Source: Carcharhinus longimanus
Taxonomy: Eukaryota
Reading direction: 5' to 3'
Length of the DNA stretch: 64,000 nt
Assembly (NCBI GenBank): GCA_030264375.1
Contig: JASCQW010000133.1
Coordinates: 6,284,803-6,348,802, forward strand
Under the pieces are notes generated by a model that was not told where the DNA came from, ran no database searches, and saw only the letters and a list, made by a program, of their open reading frames with translations. The position numbers were made by a program, and so were the translations under genes. This document shows, piece by piece, positions 10,931 through 23,770 of the stretch. The first letter of the stretch is position 1. The number at the start of each line of letters is the position of its first letter.

Positions 10931-11695
10931 TCGTTTATCGTTTATCCTAAAACTCAGTTATGTGGAATTTCCGCTAAACCACAACACTGAGATACTTCTA
11001 AATGGAGTTTCAACACTGGATAATCCCACTAGCTTCATGAAGCTTTCACTGTTAATATTTTGATATTGATGACCTCTGTATTGTCATACTGGAATAGAGG
11101 CTCCAGTGCTATATGGGGGCCAGGTATTCAAACCTGGGCAAGGCCCCTTTTCATGATGCTGGCTAGATGGAAGATGCACTGATTCACACAACAGCAAGAC
11201 AATATAACTGGTTCTTCCAGTTTAGGGTGCTTCATATTGCATTACTCCCATTCTCCGCATTGCCTTTAACAAAGGCTGTTTATTCAGTTGTCTGGGTTAT
11301 TCAGATTGTTAATGTTCCAACCATTAAGAATTTGTAAAGAAGGTTACAGGGCCCTTTGTTCTAACAGATGACTCTGATCCAGTTGGCCAGGCTTGGCTTA
11401 TGGAATGAAGATGACCTTTGTATAGTTCCCTTTGAGTTTGGGCTCTGCAGTCCACAGATCTTTAGCATGGCTTCAGAGATCATGTGGTGCAGGTTTCTAT
11501 GGTACTGCCCCGATTGCCCTTTTACTTTGGGTCACAGCCAGATAAAGTAATCTAAAAAGTCATCGTCCGGTTTTAAAATATTGTAAATTAGCCATGAGGC
11601 TATAGATATTACTATAGACATGTATAAAATATATTATAAAAAATATAACGTGAGATCTTAACCCTGTTACACCAAACTTGTGTTTTGTTTTCCAG

Positions 11696-11755
11696 AGAGT
11701 ATTATTACTTGTGGCCTTAGACGTTGATGCACTTTGTGCCTGCAAAATTCTTCAG
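11696..11755 (+). CDS. CDC45: CDC45 exon 2
   Basis: RVLLLVALDVDALCACKILQ; ttccag|...|gtgagt. Confidence 0.97.
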
Positions 11756-12910
11756 GTGAGTGGTGCTGAATATAATAGTCACTAATCCATGTTGGATTAT
11801 TCAGTTTATTGTAGTGATTTTAGTGTGTTCCCTGCATCTGTTTTAGAGTCTGTTGCTGGAAGTGTTCAATAGTGGTCATTTCAGAGGGTAACAAACCATA
11901 GGATTGGTTTTGTTATTCTGAAGGCAAAAGTGGAAATCATTATGTCATATATCTTCACTGTTAAGCAGAATTCCCAAACAGAAACAAAGTTGGAGATGGG
12001 TGAGACAGGATTAATTGCTCTGTCTTTTTCACCAGACACCTTGAACTGTTGAAATCTCGTGCAACTGAGCACAAAAGGCCTATGGACTCTATTTGAATAT
12101 GTGGATAAAATCTGTTTTGAAATGCCCTGTCTTAAGTCATTCAGGTGGCCCGATTTTTGATAGTCCCCTATTATTCCTGAAGAATTTTGATGATTCAGAG
12201 TGGTCAAATAATTTGTCATGCTGCAGTGAGTGTTAATTAGGACTTGACATATTATAGGGCTGGAAAGAACAATTAATGATTAAATTCTGAAAGGGTGGTC
12301 CTTAGGCTGAGCTAGTTGATAGGAATAGGAAGGCATTTTAGTTCAGTAGTTCAATATAGTCTGAAGATGGGTTTTGCTGAATAACTTCCAGAGAACACTC
12401 TCATTCTATATAGTAAAAGGTTTTGTACTCCTGCTCATACTTCCAAGAGGATACAAGTTTGAAGAATTTTTTTTTTTTGTGGGGACACCATTATAAAGGG
12501 ATAGCTTTGTCACTTCTCCATCCTTGCATGAAATGTAATATGCTGGTATTGTAATTGTAGAACAGTATTCCTCAGAAATAATACTTCTCCATGTGACTTT
12601 CCACTGACGAGGTCGGTTGGCTTGTCTTGCCTTTTTGTCTATAAATTTGATGGCTGATATGCTTTCTACAGGTGCACTTTCTTTTGCTAGAGTCCCTGAA
12701 ATTCTATACAGTTGGTTGGGTTGGGGGACATGATGAACTTTGTCAGGTCCCTTCCAACTTAGGATTTCGAGGAGTCTGCAAATCAAAACAAAGTTTGCTG
12801 CCTGAGATATTGGAGGAACACAAACTTAAATTGAGGTCCATAACCACTACTTTGTGGAAGGATATGATGCTCAAATAAAGAAATGTAACCGTTTGTTTAA
12901 TTCATTCCAG

Positions 12911-13003
12911 GCCCTTTTCCAGTGTGACCATGTTCTGTACACATTGGTTCCAGTGGCAGGATGGCAAGACCTGGAGACAGCATTTCTTGAGCACAAAGAA
13001 CAG
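12911..13003 (+). CDS. CDC45: CDC45 exon 3
   Basis: [31 protein letters not shown]; ag/gtatgt. Confidence 0.97.
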
Positions 13004-13299
13004 GTATGTGAGTTCATACTCAGCCTCTGCATGGTAAGAAAAACCTGCTATTAAATACTTTTCAATCCATAAATATTTACGTTTGTGCCCAGCTGGAGGG
13101 AATGATTAATTGTTAAATTCTGAATGGGTCCCTTAAGGAGGAATAGAAGGAATTTTAATAGAATAGTTCCATCTAGTGTAAAGATAGAGTTTTGCTTCAT
13201 AACCTCGGAGACATTTCCTGCACACACTTTTGATATACTTTTTTTGTGAATTAGTATGCAATCAGAAAAAAGATTCACGCAACACGGCAAGACATCATA

Positions 13300-13670
13300 T
13301 AAATGATCATCACCGGGATGTTTAATCTATATTGGGACAAAACAATAAACATCTTTCTAGAAGCTGGGCAGTCAGATATGTTTTTAGTGAAGAGAGAGTT
13401 ATGACAAGGCTGTGCATTGTTGCCAAATTATTCAATCCAGGAAATAAAATGTCAGTATTTCAGCCATTTGATTAGAGCTGAAAAGCTCCAGAGGTCTCTT
13501 CTGGAAGGCAGGGTGACAGGCTGCAGAAAGGAGAGTAGACCTAGATATAGTTGTATGATGGACATCACAGAGCAGTTGCAGGCAAGCTACAGTGGATGTG
13601 TGAGGCTGGCACAAGATCTACCATGACAGCAGATTGGAAGGAGTTGCTACAAGCAGGACAAGCGGATATT
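13300..13670 (+). mobile_element. RTE-clade LINE 3' fragment
   Basis: KCQYFSHLIRAEKLQRSLLEGRVTGCRKESRPRYSCMMDI resembles the RTE C-terminus (YFGHI.R...LLEGKI.GKR.RGRP). Confidence 0.65.
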
Positions 13671-14384
13671 ATTTTGTAAACAGCAATCAGAAGAATGAGT
13701 TGAGTTATAGCTTCTAATTAAATTCTATCTTTCAGCCATAGAAGTACTTGAAGCTCATCTTCTTTGTGACATGCTTGTGACAGATCAGCATTTATGATGG
13801 AAAATTGGAAGTGGTTCAACAACCTCTTAAAAATCCTGCTTTTGACAAAATAATTTATCTTTTTGTTTACCCAATTCTCCAGATCAGAGTCCACTTTACT
13901 CCCAGCATGTGAAGCACTCTGGGATGATTTCTTCGTTCAAGGGATGCAGAATAGATTTTGGTAATTGCAAAACATAACAAAAGTCAACAACAACAACTTG
14001 CATATAGTGCCTTTAATGTAGAAATCCTAAGGCACTTGAACAGGATTGACACTGAACCAAAGAACAAGATGTTAAGACAATTGACTAACAGCTTGTTTGA
14101 GGAGGTAAGATTCAGGGCGCATCTTACAAAAGCGAGTGAAGAGGAGGCGTTTTGGAGGGAATTCAAGCTGGTGGCTTAGATGGCTGAAGGCATGATGGCT
14201 AACGGTGGGACCTAAGAAGTATGGGATGCACATTCCTTAAGAAATTGGAGAACTGGAAAGTTTGTTAATTTTATGAAGCTGTTTGCTGTGTTTCAAGGTG
14301 AGAGATTGTTGTGTCTTAGCAAGTACGTGAGAGCTAGCATGGGGATAAGCAGTGCAGTTTACTTCTGCATGTGGAGTATTTACA

Positions 14385-14576
14385 ATAAGAAATCTCATAA
14401 CACCAGGTTAGCGTCCAATCAGTTTATCTGATAGTAAACCCAGAAGCTTTCAGAAATGCTATTCCTTCGTCAGGTGTGTGGAAAGTTCTGATCAGAGAAG
14501 GGCATACAAAGGTGCACACGGTTTACAGAATACTGATTAGAATGCGAGTCTTAGTCCAACGCCGGCATCTCCACAT
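14385..14576 (-). mobile_element. Penelope-like family A fragment with a hammerhead core on the - strand
   Basis: Same sequence as 3053-3220; reverse complement of 14441-14477 is cacCTGACGAaggaatagcatttctGAAAgctt. Confidence 0.7.
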
Positions 14577-14695
14577 GTACAGTACTTAAACATAGTATTG
14601 TGCTTCTGGCATCAAGTCCTTTGTGTACAGAAAAGGACTGAATCTGTAACTTTCCTGTTTGCAAACCACTGAATCTGTAACTTTCCTGCTTGCAG

Positions 14696-14833
14696 TTCAA
14701 GTACCTTGTGTTGATTAATTGTGGTGCTAATCTGGATCTTCTGGAGACATTGCAACCTGATGAGGATACTGTCTTCTTCATCTGTGATACCCACAGACCC
14801 ATTGACATTGTTAATGTTTATAATGATACACAG
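14696..14833 (+). CDS. CDC45: CDC45 exon 4
   Basis: [46 protein letters not shown] (DHH-like DTH motif); ag/gtatgt. Confidence 0.97.
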
Positions 14834-16438
14834 GTATGTCTGTCAATTAAATTAGTTATTTACGCTTGTTATAAACTGATTTCTATGTGTAAGTCATTGG
14901 ACTTGGAATTGAATTTTATTCCCTGCACTGCTCATGTATTGTTTTAAAAGTTTTGGTTTGCGTAGCAGAACATTTCCTACTGTTTCCATCTTCTACATTA
15001 AGAAATTGCAGCTGAGGAATAGCTTGGACCCAGTGCTGTGTGAAGCTTTCTTCTACTGTGCCCTAGAAATGTGCTCCAATCCCAGTCTTGGGAATTTCAT
15101 AGATATTTTGTATATTTTAAACACCAAGATTTCTTTTTGACGTTTTGCACTTATTCTTTGTTTCTACACAATTGTAGGACTTTACAATAGTTTGATGTAT
15201 TCAGAGACAAGTAATTTATAATACTACGGATTGTTAATGTGGTAGTGTAGTACCAGTCCCCTTTGGCTTGAAGCTTGTTTTTTTTTTAGGTAGGCTTTCA
15301 ATAACACATCCTGGGTTAAAATAGAACAGGCTTTCTATTAACTGCTTTTAGTTGCTGAAACTAACATAGGCCCTATTTTCATTAAAAAAACACAATCACA
15401 ACTTAAACGATAACTTTAAATTTAAATTCTCATCTTTGTCACTCCTTAATCGAGCGTTCTCTCTGGAACGTGTTTTCCCCTCATAGCGTTCTCTTCTCAT
15501 TCGCGTTCTCTCTTTCTGTCAGATGTGCGTGCATGCCCTTGCTCGCTGTCCCTCCATTGTGTGTGATTTCCTCTTGTGCTCTCTGTCTATTGCACTTCCC
15601 CACTCTGTTGGGGTCTCTGCTGCCCACGCTGTCTCTCCTTCTTTGCCTCACCCCTGTCTGCCTTTGTGTGTCTCGCTCTCTGCATGCGTCTGTCTCGATC
15701 TTTAGAGAGAGAGTACTTTTGTATACAATGTGTTTCTTTTCTTGCTGATGATATCTTACCCTGCTCTTGAGAACGTTGAATAGATTCGCAACAGCTACAG
15801 ATTTGTAAATATTTCCAAATACAGTTGCTGAGACTTCCTGGCTTTTGAATAACTTGTTGATCACATTTGAAAATTGCCAGAGCTGAACAAATCGCAGTTT
15901 ATTCAAAAACAGCTTGGCTTTTTCCTCAGTTTTGCACAGAACCAAAGGAAATTCAGTATTAATAGTTCCAGCAGATCTCCACCCCCCACCTGTCTAGAGA
16001 TTGCTGCATCGTTATTATTGAGTTAGGCTGATCCTAATATTCTACCAGCAGCCTGTTCTTAGGATAGAGATTCACCTTGGGTTGTTTTGCAAATGTTATA
16101 TGCGGTAACTGGCTTTGAATCCCATGGAACCTAATATCAGCAGATCTGGAAATATCAGTTTTACACCATTGCCTGAGATGCATTTCTACTGCTTTGTGCA
16201 GTAAGATTGGATTGAGAGGGATGACGAAAAGTAATTTCTATCACAGGATTGTCCTCTCACAGAGTCCTCCAAATTCCATTAGAGCAAGAATTCAAGAAAA
16301 CAATCTGGACATCAACAATGGACACCTGGGAACCTGCTTTTATAACATTTTGTAGTTCCATTTTGGGATGGGATTCAATGTTGCCTGTTTTTGGAACTTT
16401 ACAACAATTCATAGGTTTAATGCATTATGTCCTTTTAG

Positions 16439-16585
16439 GTTAAATTGCTGATTAAACAGGATGACGACCTCAGTGTTCCTGCATATGATGACCTCTTCAG
16501 GGATGAAGATGATGAAAATTCAGAGGATTCTGGAAATGAAAGTGAAGGGTCAGAGCCTTCTGGAAAACGCAGGCGATTTGATGAA
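16439..16585 (+). CDS. CDC45: CDC45 exon 5 (acidic region and NLS)
   Basis: [49 protein letters not shown]; ttttag/gtgagt. Confidence 0.96.
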
Positions 16586-17167
16586 GTGAGTGAACAGGAA
16601 TCATTGTTCTGAGAATATACAGTGCTATGGTTGTTCGGGCAGATGAAATGTTTTAACAACTAAACTGAAATCAATGTTGTTCAAGTGTAAACCTCTAAAG
16701 AATTCAGATAGATGAGACATTCCTCAAAGGATCCTCAGCCTGCCCAAATCTTGGACTTATTAGTACATTGTGGTGTTTGTGCTTATCAGCATAGTTTACT
16801 GATCACAGTTAGAACATACTGCCATGCACATAGATTGCTAACATTGACTCATGGCAACAACTGTTTCTTCTGAATCAGAGCAGTAGGGAGTCTGGGACAA
16901 CTAATTTAAATTGCAAATATGATTTTCATTTTGAAACAGAAGATCCATTGAGTCAGCAGTTTGTTTCCTTAGAGATTAGAGGAAGAGAAAACAAGTCAGG
17001 ACTCAAAAGAATAAGGAATAAGCCCCCTGAATCTCTGTCCATTCAGTTAGATCATGGCTGGCTGGTATCTTGACCCCATCTATTCACCTTGGATCTTCAA
17101 CCCCCTCAGTACCCTTGCCTAACAAGAATCACCATTGACCAAAACTTGATGGAACGAGCCACATAAA

Positions 17168-17792
17168 CGGCAGCATGGTAGCACAGTGGTTAGCACTCTG
17201 CTTCACAGCTCCAGGGACCTGGGTTCGATTCCCGGCTCGGGTCACTGTCTGTGTGGAGTTTGCACGTTCTCCTTGTGTCTGTGTGGGTTTCCTCTGGGTG
17301 CTCTGGTTTCCTCCCACACTCCAAAAACGTGCAGGTTAGGCGGATTGAGCTTAGAATCCTTACAGTGCAGAAGGAGGCCATTCAGCCCATCAAGCCTGTA
17401 CTGAAAACAATCCCACCTAGGCCCTATCCACTAATCCCAGGTATTTACCTTGACACTAAAAGGCAATTTATCATGGCTAATCAACCTAACCTGCATATCC
17501 TTAGAGTGTGGGAGGAAACCAGAGCCCCAAATAAAACCTACACGGGCACTGAGAGAATGTGCAAACTCCATACAGACAGTGACCCAAGGACAGAATTGAA
17601 CCCGGGTCCCTGGTGCTGTGCTAACCAGTGTGCCACCATGCTAAATTGCCCCTTAGTGTCTAAAGATGTGTAGGTTAAGGGGGAATTAACAGGGCAGTTT
17701 TGTGGGGTTACAGGGATAGGGTCGGCACTGTCGCAGAGTCGGTGAAGATTTGATGGGCTGAATGGCCTTCTTCTGCATTGTAGGGTTCTGTG
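17168..17792. mobile_element. Nested HE1/V-SINEs: + strand copy interrupted by an antisense copy (about 17352-17640)
   Basis: Sense SINE stops at ggttaggcggattg, an antisense SINE follows, and the sense copy resumes at ccatgctaaattgcccc. Confidence 0.8.
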
Positions 17793-18353
17793 AACGTGAT
17801 CAGGCCTGGGAAATCGGGTCACTTCTAACCAAATATACCCCCCTTTCCTGCTACCTTCGATAGGACCAGCTAACTGGGCAACAATCGCCTAGCTCTGTAC
17901 GCTGCCTAATGTTACTGAACCAGTGGAAATTATGGAAGGGTGAAAATTAGCATGAACAACTACTATACCAGAAGCAGATTTTTGTTTTGGAGTATTCGCA
18001 CTGACGGAAAGAGCTTCACCCTGGAGTTATGTTTCCCTAGTGACTAGAGTAAATGAAACAGCTGCCATAAGAGGGACACATTTCCAAGTTATGCTTGCAC
18101 CAGAGCTCCAGCATGTGTGGGGGCTTCAGAAGCATAAATGGTCCATGTTCTAATTCACATATTCATCCAGGGTGGCACAGTGGTTAGCACTGCTGCCTCG
18201 CAGCGCCAGGGACCCCTGGCTCAATTCCCAGCTTGGATCGCTGTTCTCCCCATGTCTGCGTGGGTTTCCTTTGGGTGCTCCAGTTTCTTCCCACAGCCCA
18301 AAGATGGGCTGGTTGGGTGAGTTGGCCATGCTAAATCCTCCCTCAGTGTACCT

Positions 18354-18979
18354 TGTTGAAGTGGAAATTTTCCTGCTTCTTGACTGTGGTAGAGACACTC
18401 AACAAAACTCGTTCCGACCAAATAACTAGTCTTTATTTACGAAAGAGATGCCTGCAGTAGTGGCTGTAACTTGAGTTTGGAGAGCTGTCGTTATGACTTG
18501 CTAATTCCTTCCCAAGCCCATGCTTACTTAAGGAATCAGTTCAGTATTTATGCATAATCATTATCAGTTTGCGTGATCAGAGCTTATTCAGGAATTCGAT
18601 CGCTAGTAGCATCATAAGCAATGTCATAAATCATGGTACAACCTGCAGATCTCCTAGAACTCTTTGTCTCATCAGTCATACCTTTATCTTGTCCTTTGAT
18701 AGAACAGAGGAAGGTGGGTGACTCCTTCATCCCTGACCTTATCTTGTCTTACTCATACAGCCCTAGGTCATGTGGAATCAGCCTTATCAGGTCTGACTGA
18801 GGTTGGGCATTGCTTAATCTTCTCTGGTCTTATTCATGTTTTAAGTAATACAGAGTCAGTCTTATTAAGTCTTACAGGGATCAGGCATTTTGGAATAGCT
18901 TGATCAACTTTCCTTATTTTGTACCAAATACTTGACCAATTTTCCCATCATGCCACTACTTCATTCATACAACTTCACA
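18354..18979 (-). mobile_element. Putative solo LTR between two SINEs (18169-18353 + and 18980-19158 -)
   Basis: Termini tgttgaagt and acttcaca; AATAAA on the - strand at about 18432; no TSD found. Confidence 0.45.
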
Positions 18980-21239
18980 AATCAACCTAACCCGCACATC
19001 TTTGGACTGTGGGAGGAAACCGGAACACCCGGAGGAAACCCAGACAGACACGAGGAGAATGTGCAAACTCCACACAGACAGTGACCCGAGCCGGGAATCG
19101 AACCCAGGACCCTGGCGCTGTGAAACAGCAGTGCTAAACCACTGTGCTGTCGTGCCACCTGTTGAGATCCTCTCTCACAGTTCTAAACTCCAGTGAATAT
19201 AATGCTAACTGACTCAGTCTCTCCTCCTATGACAGACCTGTCATCCCAGGAATCAGCCTTGTAAACATTCAGTTCCCTCTTCCAGATCATTAATGTACAA
19301 TGTGAACAGTTGGAGCCCTAACACAGACCCCTGCGGAATCCCACTAGTCACTGATCAGAAAAAGACCCATTTTTGCCAACTCTTTGCTCCCTATTTGCTG
19401 ATCAGTTTTCTATCCATCTCAAGACACTGCCTGCAATCCCATGTGCTTTAACTTTACAGAGTAATCTGTAGTGAGACTCTTGTCGAAAGCCTTCTGAAAG
19501 TCTAAGTAAACCACACCCACTGGTTCTTGCTTGCATCTCATGTATGTCTGCTGATGCTGCTGACACGCGTGTTCTTCCTACACAGCCTGGTCCCGTCTGG
19601 AATGTGGAGAAGAATTCTGCCTGAAGGATTCCACTCACCACATCAAGAAACCCTGTGAACTGGGCAAAGTTCTCACTCTGTTGCAGGAATGAGCTTGTCC
19701 AGTAGGGGTCACCATTGCTCAGGGAAACGCTGGGCTGATCTGCTTCGGTTGGGATATTGGGGTTACGCCCAGGCCATCAGCCTGGACACCAGCCTGGCGG
19801 CTCTTCCAGTCCCGGGATGCAGCCTCCGGGACGACTGTCCGTGTTGGGATGGCATTGGGAATGAGTGGTTGGCAGGCTAGCTGCTCAGTGAGAGAGGTTT
19901 CTATCAGCAGCTGGTGTTAGGTGAGAGATACCAACCCTCCCGGAATGACTGCGGGTCCACCAGGATCAGCAGCAATCTCCCACCGGCCAATGAACACAAT
20001 CCGGGAGATTTTACAACAAAATTTTAAACAAATCTTAGCAGTGTTGAGGAACAGAAGGATCTTGGGGTCTGGGTCCACAGGACTCTTAAATCGGCCTCGC
20101 AGGTGGAGGCTGTGGTTAAGAAGGCGTATGGTGTACTGGCCTTCATTAATCGAGGGATTGAGTTTAGGAGTCGGGAGGTAATGCTGCAACTTTANNNNNN
20201 NNNNNNNNNNNNNNNNNNNNNNNNNNNNNNNNNNNNNNNNNNNNNNNNNNNNNNNNNNNNNNNNNNNNNNNNNNNNNNNNNNNNNNNNNNNNNNCCTGGG
20301 TTCGATTCCCGGCTCGGGTCACTGTCTGTGTGGAGTTTGCACGTTCTCCTTGTGTCTGCGTGGGTTTCCTCTGGGTGCTCTGGTTTCCTCCCATAGTCCA
20401 AAGATGTGCGGGTTAGGTTGATCGGCCATGCTAAAATTGCCCCTTGGTGTCCTGGGATGTGTAGGTTAGAGGGATTAGCAGGTAAATGTGTAGGGATATG
20501 GGGGGGTAGAGCCTGGGTGGGATTGTGGTCGGTGCAGACTCGATGGGCTGTAGGGTTCTATGTTCTATAAATACTGTTTACAAGAGCAGGTCAGAGATTG
20601 TATATTTTGCAGCAGGTGACTCGCCTCCTGACTCCCCTAAATCTTTCCACAAGGTAGGAATGCTCTCCACTTACCTGGTTGTATGAAGCACTAATAACAC
20701 TGCTAGACTGATTTCTCCTGCACTATTTTTAGCCTTCAATACCTTTACTTCTGCTGCAACGTAGTTGCAGTCTGTACCACCTAGAAGCTGCGATGCAGCA
20801 ATGTGTCCAGGTTTCTTCAACAGTATCTCCCAAATTCATGCCTTTGCAGTCTAGAGTATGAGCAGCAGCATGGGAACACCACCACCTGTAAGTTCCTCTG
20901 AAAGTCATGCACTGTCCCAACTTGGAAATCTATCACTATTTATTCATCATATCTGGGTCAAAAGCTTGGAATTCCCTGCGAGTACCTTCTCCACAGAGGC
21001 TGCGGCGGTTCAAGAATGTGGCTCACTCACCACCACCTTAAGGGCAATTGGGAATAGGCCACAAATGATTACCTAGTTTGACCAAATCAAAATAAATGTA
21101 TTAATCTCAGATTTTAAATTTTCAAGATACTGTACACTGTCTGTTCAGGCACCAGAACAGGCGCCATCCTCCAGAAGATCCTGCCGCCGGCCAGAAGAGT
21201 GCCCCCATTGCCAAGGAAATGACGTGAGGCATAGATCTG

Positions 21240-22470
21240 GAATAGTCTGTTCTTCTAGATAGTTGTTCAACACTTTGATCTCGTAACCCCTCCCTAATTA
21301 ACTCCAGAAACTTGTTGCTCTTGGCATTACTGCTCACTTGATTTAACCAGTCTATGTGCAAGTTTTAAGTCACCTATGGTCACCGTAATGCCCATGATGC
21401 ATGCTTCTCTCATCACCTGATAAGTACTATGCCGCAAATTACCATTACTATTAGGTGACCTACTAATAACTTCAACCACTGTCCGTTGTCTTTTTCTGAT
21501 TCTTAGCTCCACCCAAACAGATTCCGTACACTGTTCTTCTGATCTGAGATCTAGTGCACTGATCCCATTCCTTATCAGCGCAGTTCCTTTTCTTGTTTGT
21601 CCTTCCTAAACATTAAATATCCTTGAATATTCAATTCAAAATCTTGGTTACTAGGCAGCCATGCTTCTTGAATGACAATTATATTGTATCCATTTACCTG
21701 TATTTGTGCCTTTAGATCAACTACTTTGTTATGAATGCTGCGCACATTCAGGTAGAGCGCCTTTAACTTTGTCTTTTTGACACTAGTTACCATTCGGTGC
21801 ATTCTGAATGCAAATCTCCTTGCAGGTATATCAGTGCCAGAACTTATACAGGTCCAGAACCAGTCCCAATGCCTCAGAAATCTGATGCCCTAACCCCTGC
21901 ACAGTTTCTACAGTCACATATTTAATCGAGCAGTCCTCCTATTCTTATAAGCAGTAGCACATGGAACTTGGCNNNNNNNNNNNNNNNNNNNNNNNNNNNN
22001 NNNNNNNNNNNNNNNNNNNNNNNNNNNNATGGACTGCAAAATGTCTGATTCCACCCCCCCCCCCCCCCACCAACCACCACCACCCCAAAGGATGTCCTGC
22101 ACCCGCTCCGTGATATACCATGGAGGCAAGGCACTTTGGAGGCAATACATTCATGTGTATTTAGTCATGTTTACTATTGCAGAAGTGCCTATCTGATCCC
22201 CTGACTATGGAATCCCCTATCACTATTGCTCTTCTATTTTTCCTCTCCTGTACAGTTGAGTCGCCCATGGTGTCACAGGGTTTGCTCTGGCAGCACTTAC
22301 CTGAGGCAATATCACCGTCATCAGCTTTCAAAATGGTAAAATGATTACCAAACAGGACAGACTTGGGCCTCTTGCGCTACCTGCCTGGTTGTCTTAGACT
22401 GCCTGGCAGTCACCCATTCCCTCTCTGACTATACACTTCAAACCCGCAAGTGTGACCATCTCCCTAAATA
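21240..22470 (-). mobile_element. CR1 5' portion (ORF1 remnants and APE endonuclease start)
   Basis: ORF 21575-21802(-) KALYLNVRSIHNKV...IVIQEAWL and 21327-21512(-) ITVTIGD match CR1 APE motifs. Confidence 0.8.
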
Positions 22471-23036
22471 TGAAATCCACGGTTAACTAATTTCAGGTGA
22501 GCAGGAATTTTACTACAGGTAGTTTCAGCATCATTTAGCTAGAGAGAATATAAATGGGTGAGGGTTTCCATCACCAAACACTGTTGAACATCCACTGATT
22601 TGAAAGGTAATCAGATTGGTTTTGTGTAATGCCCTGAACACTGCAACAGCATTGTGATTCTCATTGCTCGGGCCACTGAATCATGAACGATGATCAGTTG
22701 GACGAGTTTCAGAACACTCGTGATGCCTGTTTAATGATATTGCACTCACCGAGACTCAAGGAGAGAAGCACGTTGAAAAATTAATAGCTGAAGTGGAAAC
22801 TTTGTTTTATTTAGGATGATATCACTCATGAGAAAATTTTCTTGCAATTTGATCATGTCCTTCGCACTGTAGCATGGAGAACTTTGAATTCATTCTACTT
22901 CTGTAACTCATTATTTGACATATATGTTTATGAAATCCTCCTGAGTCAGAGGGCGTTGAGCCCTTCAGAATATCTCCTGATTAGTTTGTGTTGACGAGAA
23001 TGTTGTTGCAATTCAAAAAAAAATTCTTTCTTCAAG

Positions 23037-23095
23037 GTGGCCATGGAGAGGAGAATAGATCGAAGACGTCAGCGCCGAGAATGGGAGGACCGCAG
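23037..23095 (+). CDS. CDC45: CDC45 exon 6
   Basis: VAMERRIDRRRQRREWEDR(R); ttcaag/gtaaca; phase fits exon 7. Confidence 0.93.
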
Positions 23096-23770
23096 GTAAC
23101 AGTCACTGATTCAGTTTCATGTATCTATTTGTTTGAACAGTTCTAAAAACAAATTGTACATTTTAATATCAAAATGGCATGTTCTGTATGTATTGAAGTG
23201 CATGAGTTAATGAGAGGGTAACTTGGTGTTTGTTGTGCCCGCCCCCACCCACCCCATCCTGAACTATGAAAGCTCTTTTATTTCTCTGCTCCCCTCATCA
23301 CAGACATCCCCAATCAATACCAAATAAAATAAAGAATTGCCATCAATTAAATATGGTTTCTTCTGTTGAGAGAATTCTCAATTTCAGCTGGGCCATATGA
23401 AGAGATGATAACTGCGATGATATGCACCCCTATCCCCCCCCCAAACATCCTTTGAGGGTGACAGTGCATAGTGACAAATTCACTGTGTTGGGAATTTCTT
23501 AAGTCTTTCTCCTTTTTAGTCTTGTATTTTCTATATTTGGATCTACTTCATCCACTCCATGCTGGTAGTTGGCGTTACGCAAATGATGTTGTTTAATGTT
23601 GTGCAGAGAGACAGTGCCTTCCACAATCAATTTGTGCAGGGATTCTATAGTTCTCATTGTTTCATCATTGGCAATGTTCTATTAATTCATCTGAAATAAG
23701 GTATCATTTTACACAGGATTTTTCATCACATATTTTGTTCAGTTGATGTAGTTCCTTATGTAGAGATTTG

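Noticed and set aside
15470-15945. Long ORFs on both strands
   Set aside because: They arise from CT/GT-rich low-complexity sequence, possibly within an LTR-like repeat; no recognisable domain
17168-17240. tRNA genes
   Set aside because: The A/B boxes belong to SINE heads that continue into V-domain bodies; no cloverleaf or terminator
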